Below are positions 43,792 to 56,489 of a stretch of 64,000 bases of DNA, in pieces (positions within the stretch are counted from its first letter, which is position 1; each line of letters opens with the position of its first letter). The notes under the pieces are model-generated. The model ran no database searches, was not told the DNA's origin, and saw nothing but the letters and a program-made list of their open reading frames with translations. This stretch comes from an uncultured delta proteobacterium (GTDB lineage Bacteria; Myxococcota_A; Polyangia; Haliangiales; Haliangiaceae), in the NCBI GenBank assembly GCA_963848295.1, contig CAWKDB010000002.1, positions 32,001 to 96,000 on the forward strand, read 5' to 3'. Position numbers and translations under genes: made by a program.

Positions 43792-44415
43792 TCAGAAGAA
43801 GCGCGTGCCGAACGTGAACATGTAGCTGTTTTCGCGGCCGGCGGCTCCGCCGGCTGTCGCGGTGGACAAAGTCTTGCGGGCCGGCTCAATCGCGGGCACC
43901 GCGGCCGCCGAGGTCATCTCGAAGCCGATGTCCAGTCCCATTCCCAGCGGCATCCCGTGGTGGTGGCTGTCGTAGCCCAGTATCGACAACCCGGTGCCGA
44001 CCGAGAAGTCGGCGCGCTGCGAGTCGACCGCGTCCCACCGGATCAGCTGCTCGCCGGTGCCGGCGTCCAAGTACCAGGCCGTCTTCGAGCGCGCGCCGTC
44101 GGTCCCGAGCTCGTCGTCGTTGAGCAGCACGTCGTAACGCGCCCGCCAACCGAACCGGGAGAGCGACACCGATGGGTTCCCCCCGTCGTTCGAGTTGAAG
44201 CCGTCGTGCTCGAGCGTCCCGACCAGCGACAGCGCGTGCCAGCTCGCACCCGCCGCGAGCATGCCACCGGAGAGCATCCCGCCCTGGTCGTGGATGCGCG
44301 CGCCGCCGAGCTGGAACCCGGCCTCGAGGTCGGCGCGCAGCCCGAGCTCATCGGCACGTGCGCGCGCCGTGAGACCCGACATGCACGCCACCACCACGAT
44401 CACGCTGAGTCGCAT
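43792..44415 (-). CDS. Putative outer-membrane beta-barrel protein
   Basis: Signal peptide ending ARA-DE, alternating beta-strand pattern, C-terminal YMFTFGTRFF. Confidence 0.55.
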   Translation of the reverse strand: MRLSVIVVVACMSGLTARARADELGLRADLEAGFQLGGARIHDQGGMLSGGMLAAGASWHALSLVGTLEHDGFNSNDGGNPSVSLSRFGWRARYDVLLNDDELGTDGARSKTAWYLDAGTGEQLIRWDAVDSQRADFSVGTGLSILGYDSHHHGMPLGMGLDIGFEMTSAAAVPAIEPARKTLSTATAGGAAGRENSYMFTFGTRFF

Positions 44416-44534
44416 CCTCCCGTGGTACGCGGGCGGCTCGCGGATAACCCGTTAAACCGCGATGAAGCGCGCGCCAGCCCCGCGGCTCGGCGCGCACAGC
44501 CGGTGTCAAGCTTTGCCACGGCCGGTCTCGTCCA

Positions 44535-44557
44535 GGTTCGAGTCCCGCCGCGCGCGC
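44535..44557 (+). repeat. Degenerate third copy of the tRNA-Leu 3' end (older attR)
   Basis: GGTTCGAGTCCCGCCGCGCGCGC, 21/23 identical to 31693-31715. Confidence 0.7.
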
Positions 44558-44604
44558 GGCTCAAGCATCGCGCCGAGAGCGCGTCCGGCTGTAGAGTAAG
44601 GCCC

Positions 44605-45861
44605 GTGAGGTGGCTCGCGCTCGCACTAATGGCCGCAGGCTGCCTGAGCGAGCCTGCACGTCCGCACGGAGACGGCCTGCCGATCGCAGCCGGCAGCGTG
44701 CTGCGCCACGACGTGGTCACCGGTGATCTCGACGGCGACGGCTACGACGATCTGATCGTGCTGGGCAACGAGGGCGCGCCCGGCACGAGCCCGACCGCGT
44801 TCGTGTACTGGGGCGGCGAGTCGCTCGAAAACCCCGACCTGCGTCTGCCACTCGCGATCGACGACCCGAGCTTGACCGCGCCGCCCGTGTGGTACGAGGC
44901 ACTCGCCGCGAGCGTGTACGTGGGCGCCGCCGGTGACGAGCGCGGCCTCGTGATCCTCTCGGGCCAGGACGCCGTCGCGCCTCCCGTGATGGATCCGCAG
45001 CGCGTCACCTACGTCAGCTACTACCGCGCCGGCGACCGCTCGCTCGACGCGCGCGCGTACAGCAGCGCCCATCACGGCGACTTCGGCGGTTACGCGACCG
45101 ATCCGGCGCCGGTGTTCGTCGCGGCGCGCGATCCGGTCGAGACCCCGCCGCTGCGCGAGTACGCGGCCGCTGGCTTGCAGGCGACGTGGGTCTACGACGG
45201 CCCGCTCGGGCCGACCAGCCAGAGCAGCGTCGAGAGCACGTGGCAGGTCACTCCGTTCGACGAGCTGCAAGGGGCGTTCGCGATACCCGCGGCCCCGGGC
45301 TCGAGCTTCGAGCAGCTGTTGCTCGTCACCGACACGTACGCGTTCCGGATCGACAGCGACGGGCCGAGCTACACCTCGAGCGAGCCAGGCGCGATGTACG
45401 CCACAACCACGTTCGGGCAGCGCACCGTTCGCGGCGCCGCGTTTCACGGCGACTTCTACGCGATCGCGTCGAGCGACGTCGGCGGCGAGACGGCGGCCCT
45501 GGCGATCTTCGATGCGCCGGCTGCGGGCTCCGTCGCGGCCTACGCGTTGCTGGACGCGTCACAGCTCCCGCCCACCGACGTGGCGATCGGCGATGCCGAC
45601 GGCAACGGCACGGTCGATGTCGTCACGCTCGAGGGCCAGGCGCTCGCGGTCTACCGCGACCTCGCGCTCGATCCGACGATGTCGACCTACACGCTCGCGT
45701 CGTCGCGCGAGTCACTCGACAACTACGACCTGCTCGCGCTCGGCAACTTCTTCGGCGACGCTCGGCCCGAGATCTACGCGCTCGATTCGACCGATCCGTC
45801 ACAGCCGCCGCGCTGCTTCCACGTGTCGGGCACGACGCTGGTCGACTGCGAGGGCGAATGA
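44605..45861 (+). CDS. FG-GAP/VCBS repeat lipoprotein
   Basis: Lipobox MAAGC; GDLDGDGYDDL, GDADGNGTVDVV, GNFFGDARPEI repeats. Confidence 0.75.
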   Translation: MRWLALALMAAGCLSEPARPHGDGLPIAAGSVLRHDVVTGDLDGDGYDDLIVLGNEGAPGTSPTAFVYWGGESLENPDLRLPLAIDDPSLTAPPVWYEALAASVYVGAAGDERGLVILSGQDAVAPPVMDPQRVTYVSYYRAGDRSLDARAYSSAHHGDFGGYATDPAPVFVAARDPVETPPLREYAAAGLQATWVYDGPLGPTSQSSVESTWQVTPFDELQGAFAIPAAPGSSFEQLLLVTDTYAFRIDSDGPSYTSSEPGAMYATTTFGQRTVRGAAFHGDFYAIASSDVGGETAALAIFDAPAAGSVAAYALLDASQLPPTDVAIGDADGNGTVDVVTLEGQALAVYRDLALDPTMSTYTLASSRESLDNYDLLALGNFFGDARPEIYALDSTDPSQPPRCFHVSGTTLVDCEGE

Positions 45862-46733
45862 GATATGCCGCGTTCGCGCTCGTGCTGGCGTCGAGCGCCG
45901 CGCACGCCGACGATCCCGTCGCGCTCGTCGCGCGCGGCGACGAGCTCGCCAAGCAAGGGGAGTACACGCGTGCGATCGAGCTGTTCAAGCAGGCCGACGC
46001 GCAGCACCCCAGCGCCGCGAACGCGTGCCGCATCGGGCTTGCGTACACCCGGCGCGAGCTATGGCCTCAGGCCGAGCTGTTCCTCGCGCGCTGCCACGCG
46101 CGTGCGACCGCGGCCGATCCGACGCCGGACTGGTTCGACTCGGCGCGCGCGCAGCTCGCGCAGAAGCTCGCCGAGGTCGACGCGGCGCCGATCGACGTGC
46201 GCATCGCGCCTCCAGTCGCCGGCGCGCGCATGCGGATCTCGGGGTTCCCGCCCGACGAGGCGTTCGAGCCACAGGCGATCCACCTCGGACCCGGAACGTA
46301 CACGATCACCGCGACCGCGCCGGGACGCATGCCCGGGCAAGTCGCGGTCACCGTCGCAGCGAAGACCCCACAGATCGTGACGCTCGCGCTCGCCGAGCCG
46401 CCGCCCCCGCCACCGAGCGCGGCCCAGCGCGCGAGCACGTACGTGCTGTACGGAGCAGCCGGCGCGGCGCTCGTCGGCGTCGCGTTTCACGCGCTCGCAT
46501 CGCACGAGCGCGACGAGCTGACCGCCGCACAGGCCGCCGACAACCCGGTCGCGTGGGATCACCATGCCTCGACCTTCGAGCGCGACCGCGACGTCGCGAT
46601 CGCCGGTTACGGCGTTGCCCTTGCGGCGATCATCACCGGCCTCGTGCTTCGCCACCATCGGCACGAGTGGCCGAGCGTCGAGCCGGCGCCGATGCAAGGT
46701 GGTGCCGCCGTGTGGTTGCGCTGGGACCGATGA
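45858..46733 (+). CDS. Secreted TPR + PEGA-like domain protein with C-terminal TM helices
   Basis: Signal peptide AAHA-DD; TPR GEYTRAIELFKQA; LGPGTYTITATAPG; ATGA coupling. Confidence 0.7.
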   Translation: MRYAAFALVLASSAAHADDPVALVARGDELAKQGEYTRAIELFKQADAQHPSAANACRIGLAYTRRELWPQAELFLARCHARATAADPTPDWFDSARAQLAQKLAEVDAAPIDVRIAPPVAGARMRISGFPPDEAFEPQAIHLGPGTYTITATAPGRMPGQVAVTVAAKTPQIVTLALAEPPPPPPSAAQRASTYVLYGAAGAALVGVAFHALASHERDELTAAQAADNPVAWDHHASTFERDRDVAIAGYGVALAAIITGLVLRHHRHEWPSVEPAPMQGGAAVWLRWDR

Positions 46734-46779
46734 CGATCGGGCGATCGGGTTATCGGCGCCGCAGCCGCAACGCGGTTGC

Positions 46780-47352
46780 TCACGTCGCGAGACCGTCCCA
46801 TTCCTCGGGTTTGACGAACACAACGCCCCGGGCCCCGCTCCTCACGACGGACGCCTTCACTCGCTCGTCGACGACGATGAGCAGGTCGAATTCGCTGAGC
46901 CTGAACAGGCTCGGCTCGCCCGGCACCGGATCTTTCAGGACCAGCTCGTCGATCGCCGAAACGAGGGTCTCGCTGCTGTCAAAAGGCACGTAGTTGCACC
47001 TCTCGCGATCCATCGCTGCAGTCCGAGCGAGCACGTTGGCCGCAAAGTAGGGTCTGAGAGTGCCGCTCGCCGAGTGCGAAACGACAGCGTCGTAGTAATC
47101 GATCTTGTCGACGCCGGCCTGCTCCAGCGCGCTCCGCAGCAAAGGCGAGACCAGCGGAATGTTCGCTGCGGGCCGCAGGTAATCGCACCACTCGAATGGA
47201 TCGGCGCCGTCGATCGTGAAGCGAAGGACGGGCATGGTGCCGGAGAAGCGCTCGCCATCCACCCAGCTGAGATTGTCCAGCGGCGTCCGCAGCACGACGG
47301 TGGAGTACAGCTCGCGAGCCGAGAACAGCAAGTAGCGTGGGCGGTTGCTCAT
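46780..47352 (-). CDS. Imm11/DUF1629-like immunity-family protein
   Basis: DYL...PLVSPLLRSALEQAGVDKIDYY..YFAANVL..DRERC..LFRLSE..IVVDERVK..GARGVVF. Confidence 0.6.
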   Translation of the reverse strand: MSNRPRYLLFSARELYSTVVLRTPLDNLSWVDGERFSGTMPVLRFTIDGADPFEWCDYLRPAANIPLVSPLLRSALEQAGVDKIDYYDAVVSHSASGTLRPYFAANVLARTAAMDRERCNYVPFDSSETLVSAIDELVLKDPVPGEPSLFRLSEFDLLIVVDERVKASVVRSGARGVVFVKPEEWDGLAT

Positions 47353-47386
47353 GGTGCGATCCGACTTCGGAAACGTCTCTTGACGA

Positions 47387-48766
47387 CTATGGCTCGTCGC
47401 GCGACCGACTCATGTCGAGCCGCAGTCGGACGACGGTCTCGACCTGTGCGGTCCCCGGCATCAGGTCGAACGGCTCGATCGCATCGGCGGAGTACCCGTG
47501 ACCAGCGAGCGCGGCGAGGTCACGAGCGAGCGACTCGGGCGCACAGCTGACGTAGATCACCGTCGGGGCAGCGAGCTCCGCGACGAGCGCGGCGCCGCCA
47601 TCGCCGAGACCTTTGCGCGGCGGATCGACGACGATGACATCGACCGATCCAGCGAGCTGGGCGCACAGCTCGACCGGCGCTGCTCCGGCATCGGCCGCAA
47701 CCGCGATGATCGGCAGCTGGGCTCGCTCGGCGGCGCGGCGCAGCTGAGCCACCGCTTCGCGATCGATCTCGACCGCGGTGACCCTCGCGCCGCGCGTCGC
47801 GAGGTGTAGCCCGATGCCACCGAGGCCGGCGTAGAGCTCGACGACGTGCGGTGTCGGCGGCGCGGCCTCCAGCGCGAGCTCCGCGACCCGCGCGTACATC
47901 GCCTCGGCTTGCGCGTGATTGACCTGGACGAACTCCGACGCGCCGACCTCGACGGTGACGCCCGCGATGTCGAGCGCGAGGTGGCCCTGGCCGAGCAAGA
48001 CCTGGGCGCTCGACCCCGAAGGCACGATCGCGCCGTCGCGGCGATCGTTGACGATCGCGATCACACCGCGCACCGCCGCGTGACGAGCGAGCGCGTTCGC
48101 GACCCGCTCCAGCTTGGTCCGAGGCACGCCGGACGCGACGACGAGCGTGACCATGACGTCGCTGCCGACCTCGCGCACGATCGCGTAGCGCAGCTCGCCC
48201 GAGCGTGCGCGCTCGTCGTACGCGATCAGCTGCGCGCGTTCGGCGGCGCCGCGGATCCAAGTCGCGACCTCATCGATGATCGGCGCGACGACGCGACAGC
48301 CGAGCGTGTCGACGACGAGATGACTGCGCGGCGCATAGGCTCCGAGCACGAGCTGGCCGCCGCTGGTGCCGACGACGTACTTGCCCTTGTTGCGGTAGCC
48401 GATGATCTGCGGCGAGGGTCGGACCGCGCCGACCACCTCGAGCGGAACGCCGAGCTCGCGCGCGACTCGAGCGCGTTTGATCGCGAGTTGTGCGGGATAG
48501 GCGAGGTGCTGCCACGCGCAACCGCCACAACGTCCGAACGCCGGACACGCGGGTGCGACGCGATCGGGGCTCGCCGGTCCGGTGCGGCGTACGACGCGCG
48601 CCCAGGCCTCGGCGCGATGCGGGCTCGCGTGATCGATCGCGACGTCGGCGGCTTCACCGGGCAACAGATCGACCACGTGGACCTCGACGCCGCCGTCCGC
48701 GGTGCCGACCCCGCAGCCGGCATCGTCGAGCGCGACCGCGACCACGGAAACGCGAGCGGCGGTCAC
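47387..48766 (-). CDS. rlmD: 23S rRNA (uracil-C5)-methyltransferase
   Basis: TRAM-like N-terminus, CPAFGRCGGCAWQH Fe-S motif, FVQVN, ELYAGLGGIG, VDPPRKG, YVSC, QVET. Confidence 0.88.
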   Translation of the reverse strand: MTAARVSVVAVALDDAGCGVGTADGGVEVHVVDLLPGEAADVAIDHASPHRAEAWARVVRRTGPASPDRVAPACPAFGRCGGCAWQHLAYPAQLAIKRARVARELGVPLEVVGAVRPSPQIIGYRNKGKYVVGTSGGQLVLGAYAPRSHLVVDTLGCRVVAPIIDEVATWIRGAAERAQLIAYDERARSGELRYAIVREVGSDVMVTLVVASGVPRTKLERVANALARHAAVRGVIAIVNDRRDGAIVPSGSSAQVLLGQGHLALDIAGVTVEVGASEFVQVNHAQAEAMYARVAELALEAAPPTPHVVELYAGLGGIGLHLATRGARVTAVEIDREAVAQLRRAAERAQLPIIAVAADAGAAPVELCAQLAGSVDVIVVDPPRKGLGDGGAALVAELAAPTVIYVSCAPESLARDLAALAGHGYSADAIEPFDLMPGTAQVETVVRLRLDMSRSRDEP

Positions 48767-48818
48767 CGCGTCGAGTCTAGCAGCCGGGCAGCCCACCGAT
48801 CTGCTAGCCTGCCCGGCG

Positions 48819-49904
<1,086 letters not shown>

Positions 49905-49905
49905 A

Positions 49906-50867
49906 TCAGTGACCCATCATCCCCATGCCGCCCATCTGCGACATGAGGCTCTTGATCTGCGCCTCGCTCATCTTGACCTTGCCGTGGAGGTGATCGCCGT
50001 CGCGGGTCACGTCGATGCCTTCGAGCACGCCCTTGATGTCCGGCGGCAAGCTGTCCGCCATCTTCTTGGCCTGGGCGAGGCCATCGACGACCTTCGACGC
50101 CATCTCCGGGTCCTTGACCTGGACGGTGACATCCATCGCGAGGCCGCCGTCGATGTCGATCGAGCCCCACATGTCGCCGACCTTATCGGCGATCGGGGTG
50201 TTGTTCGCCGAGCCGGCGAACCATAGCGTCTTCGAGCGATCGACCTTCGCGATCATGTCCTGAAGCTTCTTGTCGTCGGCGGCGTTCGACTTCGCGAACC
50301 CGCGGCGTCGGCCTCGAGCTCGGCGCGGCCGACCTTCGAGAACTCCGGCGCGGCCGAGATCGTGAAGCCCTGGCGCGTGTAGAGCGCTCCGTTCGCGAGC
50401 TTGAGGTAGCCCTGGGTGACGGTCCCCATCGCGTTCGGGATGTCGATCCCGATGAACTTGTTGTCGGGATCGACGGTCGCCTTGAAGCTCGCCTTCGCGG
50501 CGCAATCGGCGACCTGCTTGATCTCCAGGCCCTTCATGACGATCGCGAGCTCGACCTCGGCGTGAATCTTGAACGTGCCGGCGATCTCCACGCCCTTGAG
50601 GCCGACGAAGCACTCCGACCACGCCTTGATGCCGGGCGAAATGCTGTCGGCCATCTGCATCGCGGCGGCGCCGAAGCTCGACGACATGAAGTTCTGCAGC
50701 TTCATGTAGTTTCCGCCGAACGCGCCGTCGCCGGGCGGCAGCGACTTGAACAGCTCGACATCGGCTGCGGCCATCGGTCCCGAGCTCGAGCTCGAGGACT
50801 TTTCACAGCCGGCAAGAGGGGCTGCAACTGCGAGGAGGGCGACGCAGAACACGGAGCGAAGGTTCAT
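49906..50867 (-). CDS. Hypothetical lipoprotein, frameshift near 50300
   Basis: Lipobox LAGC; ORFs 50253-50867 and 49906-50622 join at ..LEADAAG/FAKSNAADDKKL. Confidence 0.65.
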
Positions 50868-50936
50868 GGGGGCCTGGTGCTAACTCGGGGAACGCCGAGG
50901 CGCAAGAACCATGACGCGCCATCGGGCGCGACCGTC

Positions 50937-53900
50937 TCATGACACCAGCGCGACCACCTCGGGCAGGGCGGCGTAGGTCGCGCGCCAGGTCGGATCCGGA
51001 TGCGCGGCGAGAATCGCGAGCTTGCGGTCGACCTCGCCCCGGCCACGGGCTTTGACCACGCGGCTGCGATCGAGGGCGCCGGCTCGCACGAGGACCTCGA
51101 CACATGCGGCGTAGACCTCTTCCTCGGAGCTCTCGAGGTGGCGTTGCACTTCGAGCAGCGCGAGCGCGCGGTGGACGAGCTGACCCGCTGCGGCGATCGG
51201 GCCGCCTTTCTTGACGAGCGCGAGCGGCCTGGCGGGCGAGCCCTTGGATCTCGTAGCCGACGAGCGTCGCCTGTTGCGCGACCGCGACGCCTTCGCCGGC
51301 ATCGCGCACGGCGCCGGTGAGGTCGCCGCGGCGGAGGTTTGCGCCGGCGCGCGTGATCAGCGCGTTCGCTTCGAGATAGCGCGCGCCGAGCCGCCGCGCC
51401 TCGGCCAGCGCTTCGTCGATCATCGCGATCCCGCCGGGGAGGCCGCGCCTCGCGTCGCAGGCGCCCGCGTAGATCAGGCAGTCGGCGCGACTCCAGCGCG
51501 AGGCGGTGCGACCGAACAGCTCGAGCGCGTCGCCGAACATCGCGGCGGCAGGCTCGTACAACCCGACGTGATGCAGCACGATGCCGGCGACCGACAGCGC
51601 CTCGCCTTCGCGGACGCGATCGCCGTAGCGCCGGCACAGCTCGAGCGAGCGCTGCGCCGACGTCATCGCGGCCGGGTAGTTGCCGAGGCACATCTCGATG
51701 ATCGCGACGTGGTTCTGGACGATGCGCTCGAGCCACGGGTCACCGGTCTTCTCGATCCGCGCGATCACCGGGCGGTAGGCGTCGCGCGCTTGCTCGTAGT
51801 GCGCGCGCATCAAGTGGATCCGGCCGCGCCCGACCATCGCCTGCATCTCGTCGGCGACCGCTCCCTCTTGGGCGAACAGCTCGCGCGCCGCGCTGACCAT
51901 GACGAGCGCTTCGTCGAACCGGCCGAGGCGCTCGAGGACTTCGCCGCGCAACCGCAGCGCCTCGCCGCGCTGCCGCGGATTCTCGGCGACGAGCGCGAAG
52001 TCCTCGGCGACCACGGTCGCGACGCTCGCGCCGGTGTAGTCGCCAAAGCCGATCAGCCGCTGCGCGCGACGCAAGGCGACGTCGGCGAGGCGGTGAGCGT
52101 CGCCTTCGCACAGCCGCTGGAGCTCGTCGAGATCGCCGGCATCGGCCGCGATGTCGCCGCGCAGGCGATGGGCATCGTCGCGACCGGCGAGCGCTTCGCG
52201 GCGGCGCGCGCGCGACGTCGGGGTCGGCGGCACGACGCCGAGCTCGCGTTCGAGCGCGAGCGTGCGGGTGAAGCACGCGATCGCGGCTTCGGCGTCCGAG
52301 GCGGTCAGCGCGAGCTTGCCGGCGCGCAGCCAGAACGCGGCGGCCCCCGCCGGATCGCCGCCGCGCTCGAGGTGCTCCGCGATCACCGCCGGCGGTTCGT
52401 CGCGCCCGGCGAAGAACCGTGACGACAGCAACCGGCCGAGGCGCGCGTGAGCCTCGCGCTGCGCTCGCAGCGGCAGCGCGTCGTAGACCACGTCGCGCAC
52501 GAGCCCGCGCGCGAACGCGAGCTCGTCGTCGGCGCCGGCGCGGACGAGAAAGCCCGCCGCGACGAGCTCGTCGAGCCAGCTCGCGTCGCTGTCGGTGACC
52601 GCACCGACGAGCTCCTCGAGCAAGCGCGCGCGCACGCGACCGCCCATCACCGCCGCGAGCCTCAGCGCGTGCTTGCCGGCCTGGGGCAGGCGATCGACGC
52701 GCGCGGCGATCACGTCGCGTGCGGTCGCCGGCACCTTGTCGGCCGCGCTCCCCGCGTCGCGCACCGCTTGGGCGAGCTCCTCGGCGAACAGCGGGTTGCC
52801 GCCGCCGCGGGCGATCACGGCGGCGACGTTGAGCGGCGTCGCGGCGTCGCCGAGCCGGTCCGAGATCAACGCGCGCAGATCGGGACCGGCGAGGTCACCG
52901 AGCGCGATCACCGCATCGACCGCAGGTGGCGGCGGCCCGTCGGGGCGCGCGGTCAACACGAGCAGCTCGGCACCCTGCGCCGGCGCCGCGAGCGAATGGC
53001 GTAGCACCTCGAGACTCGCGCCGTCGGCGTAGTGAATGTCCTCGATGACCGTCAGCAACGGGCGAGCCTGCCCGGGTCCGGGCCCCGAGGCCGCGCTGCG
53101 GAAGGTCGCGAACCCCGCGGCGATCCGCGGCCGCATGTCCGCGATCTCCGGTGCACCGACGCCGAACCCGTCGCGTAGCTCCATCCCGCGATCGACGTCG
53201 GTCGCGGCCGCGCGCGCGCGTTCGTCGGGGACGCCGGCCTCTTGCATCAGGTGTTGCAACCGCCGGACGAGCAACGCACGTGCACCACGGCCCCGCGCCG
53301 GCGGTAACCCGAGCCCGGCTTGATAGAGGTCGATCACGAGCGCGAACGGCGCGTGATGGCTCGCCGGATTTGCGGCGGTGCGGATCACGCGCGGCGGCAC
53401 GGGCGCGGCGCCGCGGCGCGCGATCAGCTCGGTGACGAGCCGCGACTTGCCGATCCCGGCCGCGCCGGTGACGAGCACGGTCAACCGGCGCCCGGCCGCG
53501 ACCGCGCGCTGATACCAGACGTCGAGCTCGGCGAGCTGCGCCGTGCGCCCGACGAACGCGCCGGCGCGCTCGAGCGAGGCGCGCTCGGCGTCCTCGGGAG
53601 AACGCGTGCCGACGACCTCGGTGACCTTGCTGCGTCGAGCGATCCGGCGCGGCGCGGCGACCTCGCGGAGCTCGAACATGCCGCTCGTCACTCGCCCGGC
53701 CGGTCCGACAAACATCGGGCGATCCGGCGCCGCCTCTCTCGCGAGCGCGCGCGCTTCGTCGGACGCGTCGGCTGGAATGCGGGGCGCGCCGGCTTCGCTC
53801 GCGACCGCGACACCGGTGCGGGCGCCGACTCGCAGCGTCGGCCCGCCGGCACCGACCTCGGTGCCCTGATCGCGGGTCATCGCCGCGGCATCGAGCGCCC

Positions 53901-55704
53901 AGCCCATCGCGATCGCGACGTCGTCTTCGCCGGCGACCTCGAGACCGAACGCGACGATCAAGCTCTCGGCATCGAGCGCGACGACGACGCCACCGCGTTG
54001 ATATGCGAGCTCCCCCAGGGCCTTCGCGATCGGCCGCAACACGTCGGCAGGTGCGCCGTCGAGCACGCCGGCGACGACGACCGTCCGGCGACGCTCGGCC
54101 ACGACACCGACCGCGAGCTCGCGGGACTCGTCATCGATCGGATCCTCGACCAGCGGGTCGGGACCCGCGGCCGGTTCCGGCGCAGCGGCCGGACCGTCGA
54201 CCTCGAGCTCGAGCTCGTCGAAGCTCGTCTCCCCGCCGGCGTGGCCCGCGCCGACCGCGAGCGCGGCCGACAGCGCCTGCGCCTGCCTCGTGGCGTCGTC
54301 GTCGAAGCGCATCGCGGACGGCGCCGTGCCGGGGACGAGCTGCAGCAGCTCGTAGACCGGACGCGACGGCCGATCGGCTGGTTGACCGGGCAGGGCGTCG
54401 ACCAACCGCGCCACGCCCGCGAGCGTGCTCTCGTGTCCCCATTGCTGTTCGTTCGAGGTCGCGGTCGCCGTGCTCGTCCGATCGCGATCGCCAAACCGCT
54501 GGACCACGGTGCTGGTCGGATCGCGATCGCCGAACTTCTCGACGGACCCGCGCCCGGTGGCGCCGCGCTCGAAGGCGATCGCGGCAGGCGCGGTCGTGCG
54601 CTCCGACGGCATCTCGACCGGAAACCCGGGCGTGCCGGATCCGAGCTCGGACGGCGGGTGCGCGATGTCCGCGAGCGACGCGGTCAGCGACAACGCCGAC
54701 GGTCGGCTCGGAGGGGATGCTTGCGGCGGCACGCTGATCGACGCACCGGACGGCGGCTGCGCGACCGGCTGGGCGGCGCGAGCGGGTTGCGATGTCGTCG
54801 CGGCATCGAGCCTCGCGAACCATTCGGCGAGGCCGCGCGCGCCCGCGGGCAAGGCGGTACGCATGCACGCGGCGATCATGTCCGCCGACGTGCCGCGGCC
54901 GGCCGGGTCTCGGGTCAACGCGGTCGCGATCGCCTTCGCGATCTCCGGCGGCACCTCGGGGTTGAGGCGATCTGCGCGCGGCGGATCCGTCGTGCGAACC
55001 GCCTCGAGGATCGCCTTGATGTTCGGCCCGCGATACAACGGCAGGCCGGTGAACAGCTCCCACGCGATGATGCCGAGCGCGAACACGTCGGACGCGGCGG
55101 TCGGCGGCTCGCCGAGCGTCTGCTCCGGCGCCATGTACCGGGGCTTGCCGCGCAGGCGGCGCCGCTCGAGCGCGGACGCGAACGTCGCGCGCGCGATCCC
55201 GAAGTCCAAGATCTTGACGTAGCCGTCGGTCGACATCATCACGTTCGACGGCGAGACATCGCAATGGACGATGCCGAGCCCGCCACCATAGCCATCGGTC
55301 TTGCGGTGGGCGTAGTCGAGGCCCGACGCGACCTCGCCGATGATGTACGCGGCGACCGGGATCGGGCACAGCGCATCGCGGGTCACCGCCTGCGCCATCG
55401 CGACGCGCAGATCGCGGCCCTCGATCAGCTCCATCGCGAGGAACAGCTCGCCGTCGGCTTTGCCGAAGTCGAACACCTGAACGATGTTGCGATGAGTCAG
55501 CTCGACCGCGATCCGCGCCTCGTCGATGAAGCTGCGGATGAACCGGCCCTCGCGCGCCGAGCTCGGCAGGATGCGCTTGAGCGCCTGGATCTTCTCGAAC
55601 CCGGCGATGCCGACGGTCTTGACCTTGTAGACCTCGGCCATCCCGCCCTGCGCGATCTTGTCGAGGACGTGATACTTCCCGAAACGCTCGCGCAGCGCTT
55701 CCAC
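50937..55704 (-). CDS. Ser/Thr kinase + degenerate cyclase-like + AAA ATPase + TPR protein, frameshift near 51235
   Basis: AQGGMAEVY, HCDVSPSN, DFGIAR, YMAPEQ; FVGR, GAAGIGKS, IEDIHYAD, GGNPLF; TPR tail. Confidence 0.85.
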
Positions 55705-55733
55705 TTGGCTGATCAGGGTAGCATGCGATGTAG

Positions 55734-56447
55734 GTGGCGGCCGACTATCGCGAGCTCGAAGACGTCCTCGGCTATCACTTCGTCGATCGCGCTCTGCTCG
55801 AGCGCGCGCTGCGCCACGCGAGCTGGTGCAACGAGCAGACCGGCGCACCCGTCGAGGACAACGAACGGCTCGAGTTCCTCGGCGACGCCGTGCTCGGCTT
55901 GTGCGTCTGCGATCGCCTGATGACGCGCTACCCGCAGCTCAAGGAAGGCGAGCTCAGCATGACCCGCGCCCAGGTCGTCAGCGAAGCCGGGCTGTCCGAT
56001 GTCGCCGGGGCGCTCGACCTCGGCCGCTGGCTGATGCTCGGCAAGGGCGAAGAGAAGTCCGGCGGCCGGCAGAAGCCGTCGATCGTCGCGGATGCGTTCG
56101 AAGCGGTGATCGCCGCGGTCTACCTCGACGGCGGGTTCGCCGCGGCGCAGCAGATGGTCGACCGCTTACTCGCATCGCGGATCGAGACCGTCGAGTTCAA
56201 AGGCTTCTACGACTTCAAGACGCGACTGCAAGAGCTCGCGCAAGCGCGGCTGAAGACGACGCCGACGTACTCGGTCGTGTCCGAGCTCGGACCCGATCAC
56301 GACAAGCGGTTCGTCGTCGCGGTCGCGATCGCGAGTGACGAGTGGGCGCGCGCGGTCGGCAAGTCGAAGAAGGAAGCGGAGCAGATGGCGGCCGCCGAGG
56401 CGCACTTCAAGCTCCAGGGCTCGAACGTCGGCAAGCCCAAGAAGTAG
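55734..56447 (+). CDS. rnc: Ribonuclease III
   Basis: DNERLEFLGDAVL, ADAFEAVIAAVYLDGG, dsRBD DFKTRLQE..GKSKKEAEQMAA. Confidence 0.96.
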   Translation: MAADYRELEDVLGYHFVDRALLERALRHASWCNEQTGAPVEDNERLEFLGDAVLGLCVCDRLMTRYPQLKEGELSMTRAQVVSEAGLSDVAGALDLGRWLMLGKGEEKSGGRQKPSIVADAFEAVIAAVYLDGGFAAAQQMVDRLLASRIETVEFKGFYDFKTRLQELAQARLKTTPTYSVVSELGPDHDKRFVVAVAIASDEWARAVGKSKKEAEQMAAAEAHFKLQGSNVGKPKK

Positions 56448-56489
56448 GTCCCGGTCACCTGCGGTCGGGTCCCGGCCGGCCCGGCAACG

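Noticed and set aside
44460..44557. Second tRNA gene
   Set aside because: Only the T-loop and 3' acceptor portion matches; no D-arm, anticodon arm or 5' acceptor strand.
50937..55704. Avs/STAND antiviral system
   Set aside because: Kinase-cyclase-like-AAA-TPR proteins are common signalling proteins in such genomes, and this one sits among housekeeping genes.
56445..56489. Short imperfect palindrome AGGTCCCGGTCACCT between convergent rnc and pfkB
   Set aside because: Too short and single-copy in this window to call a terminator or REP.
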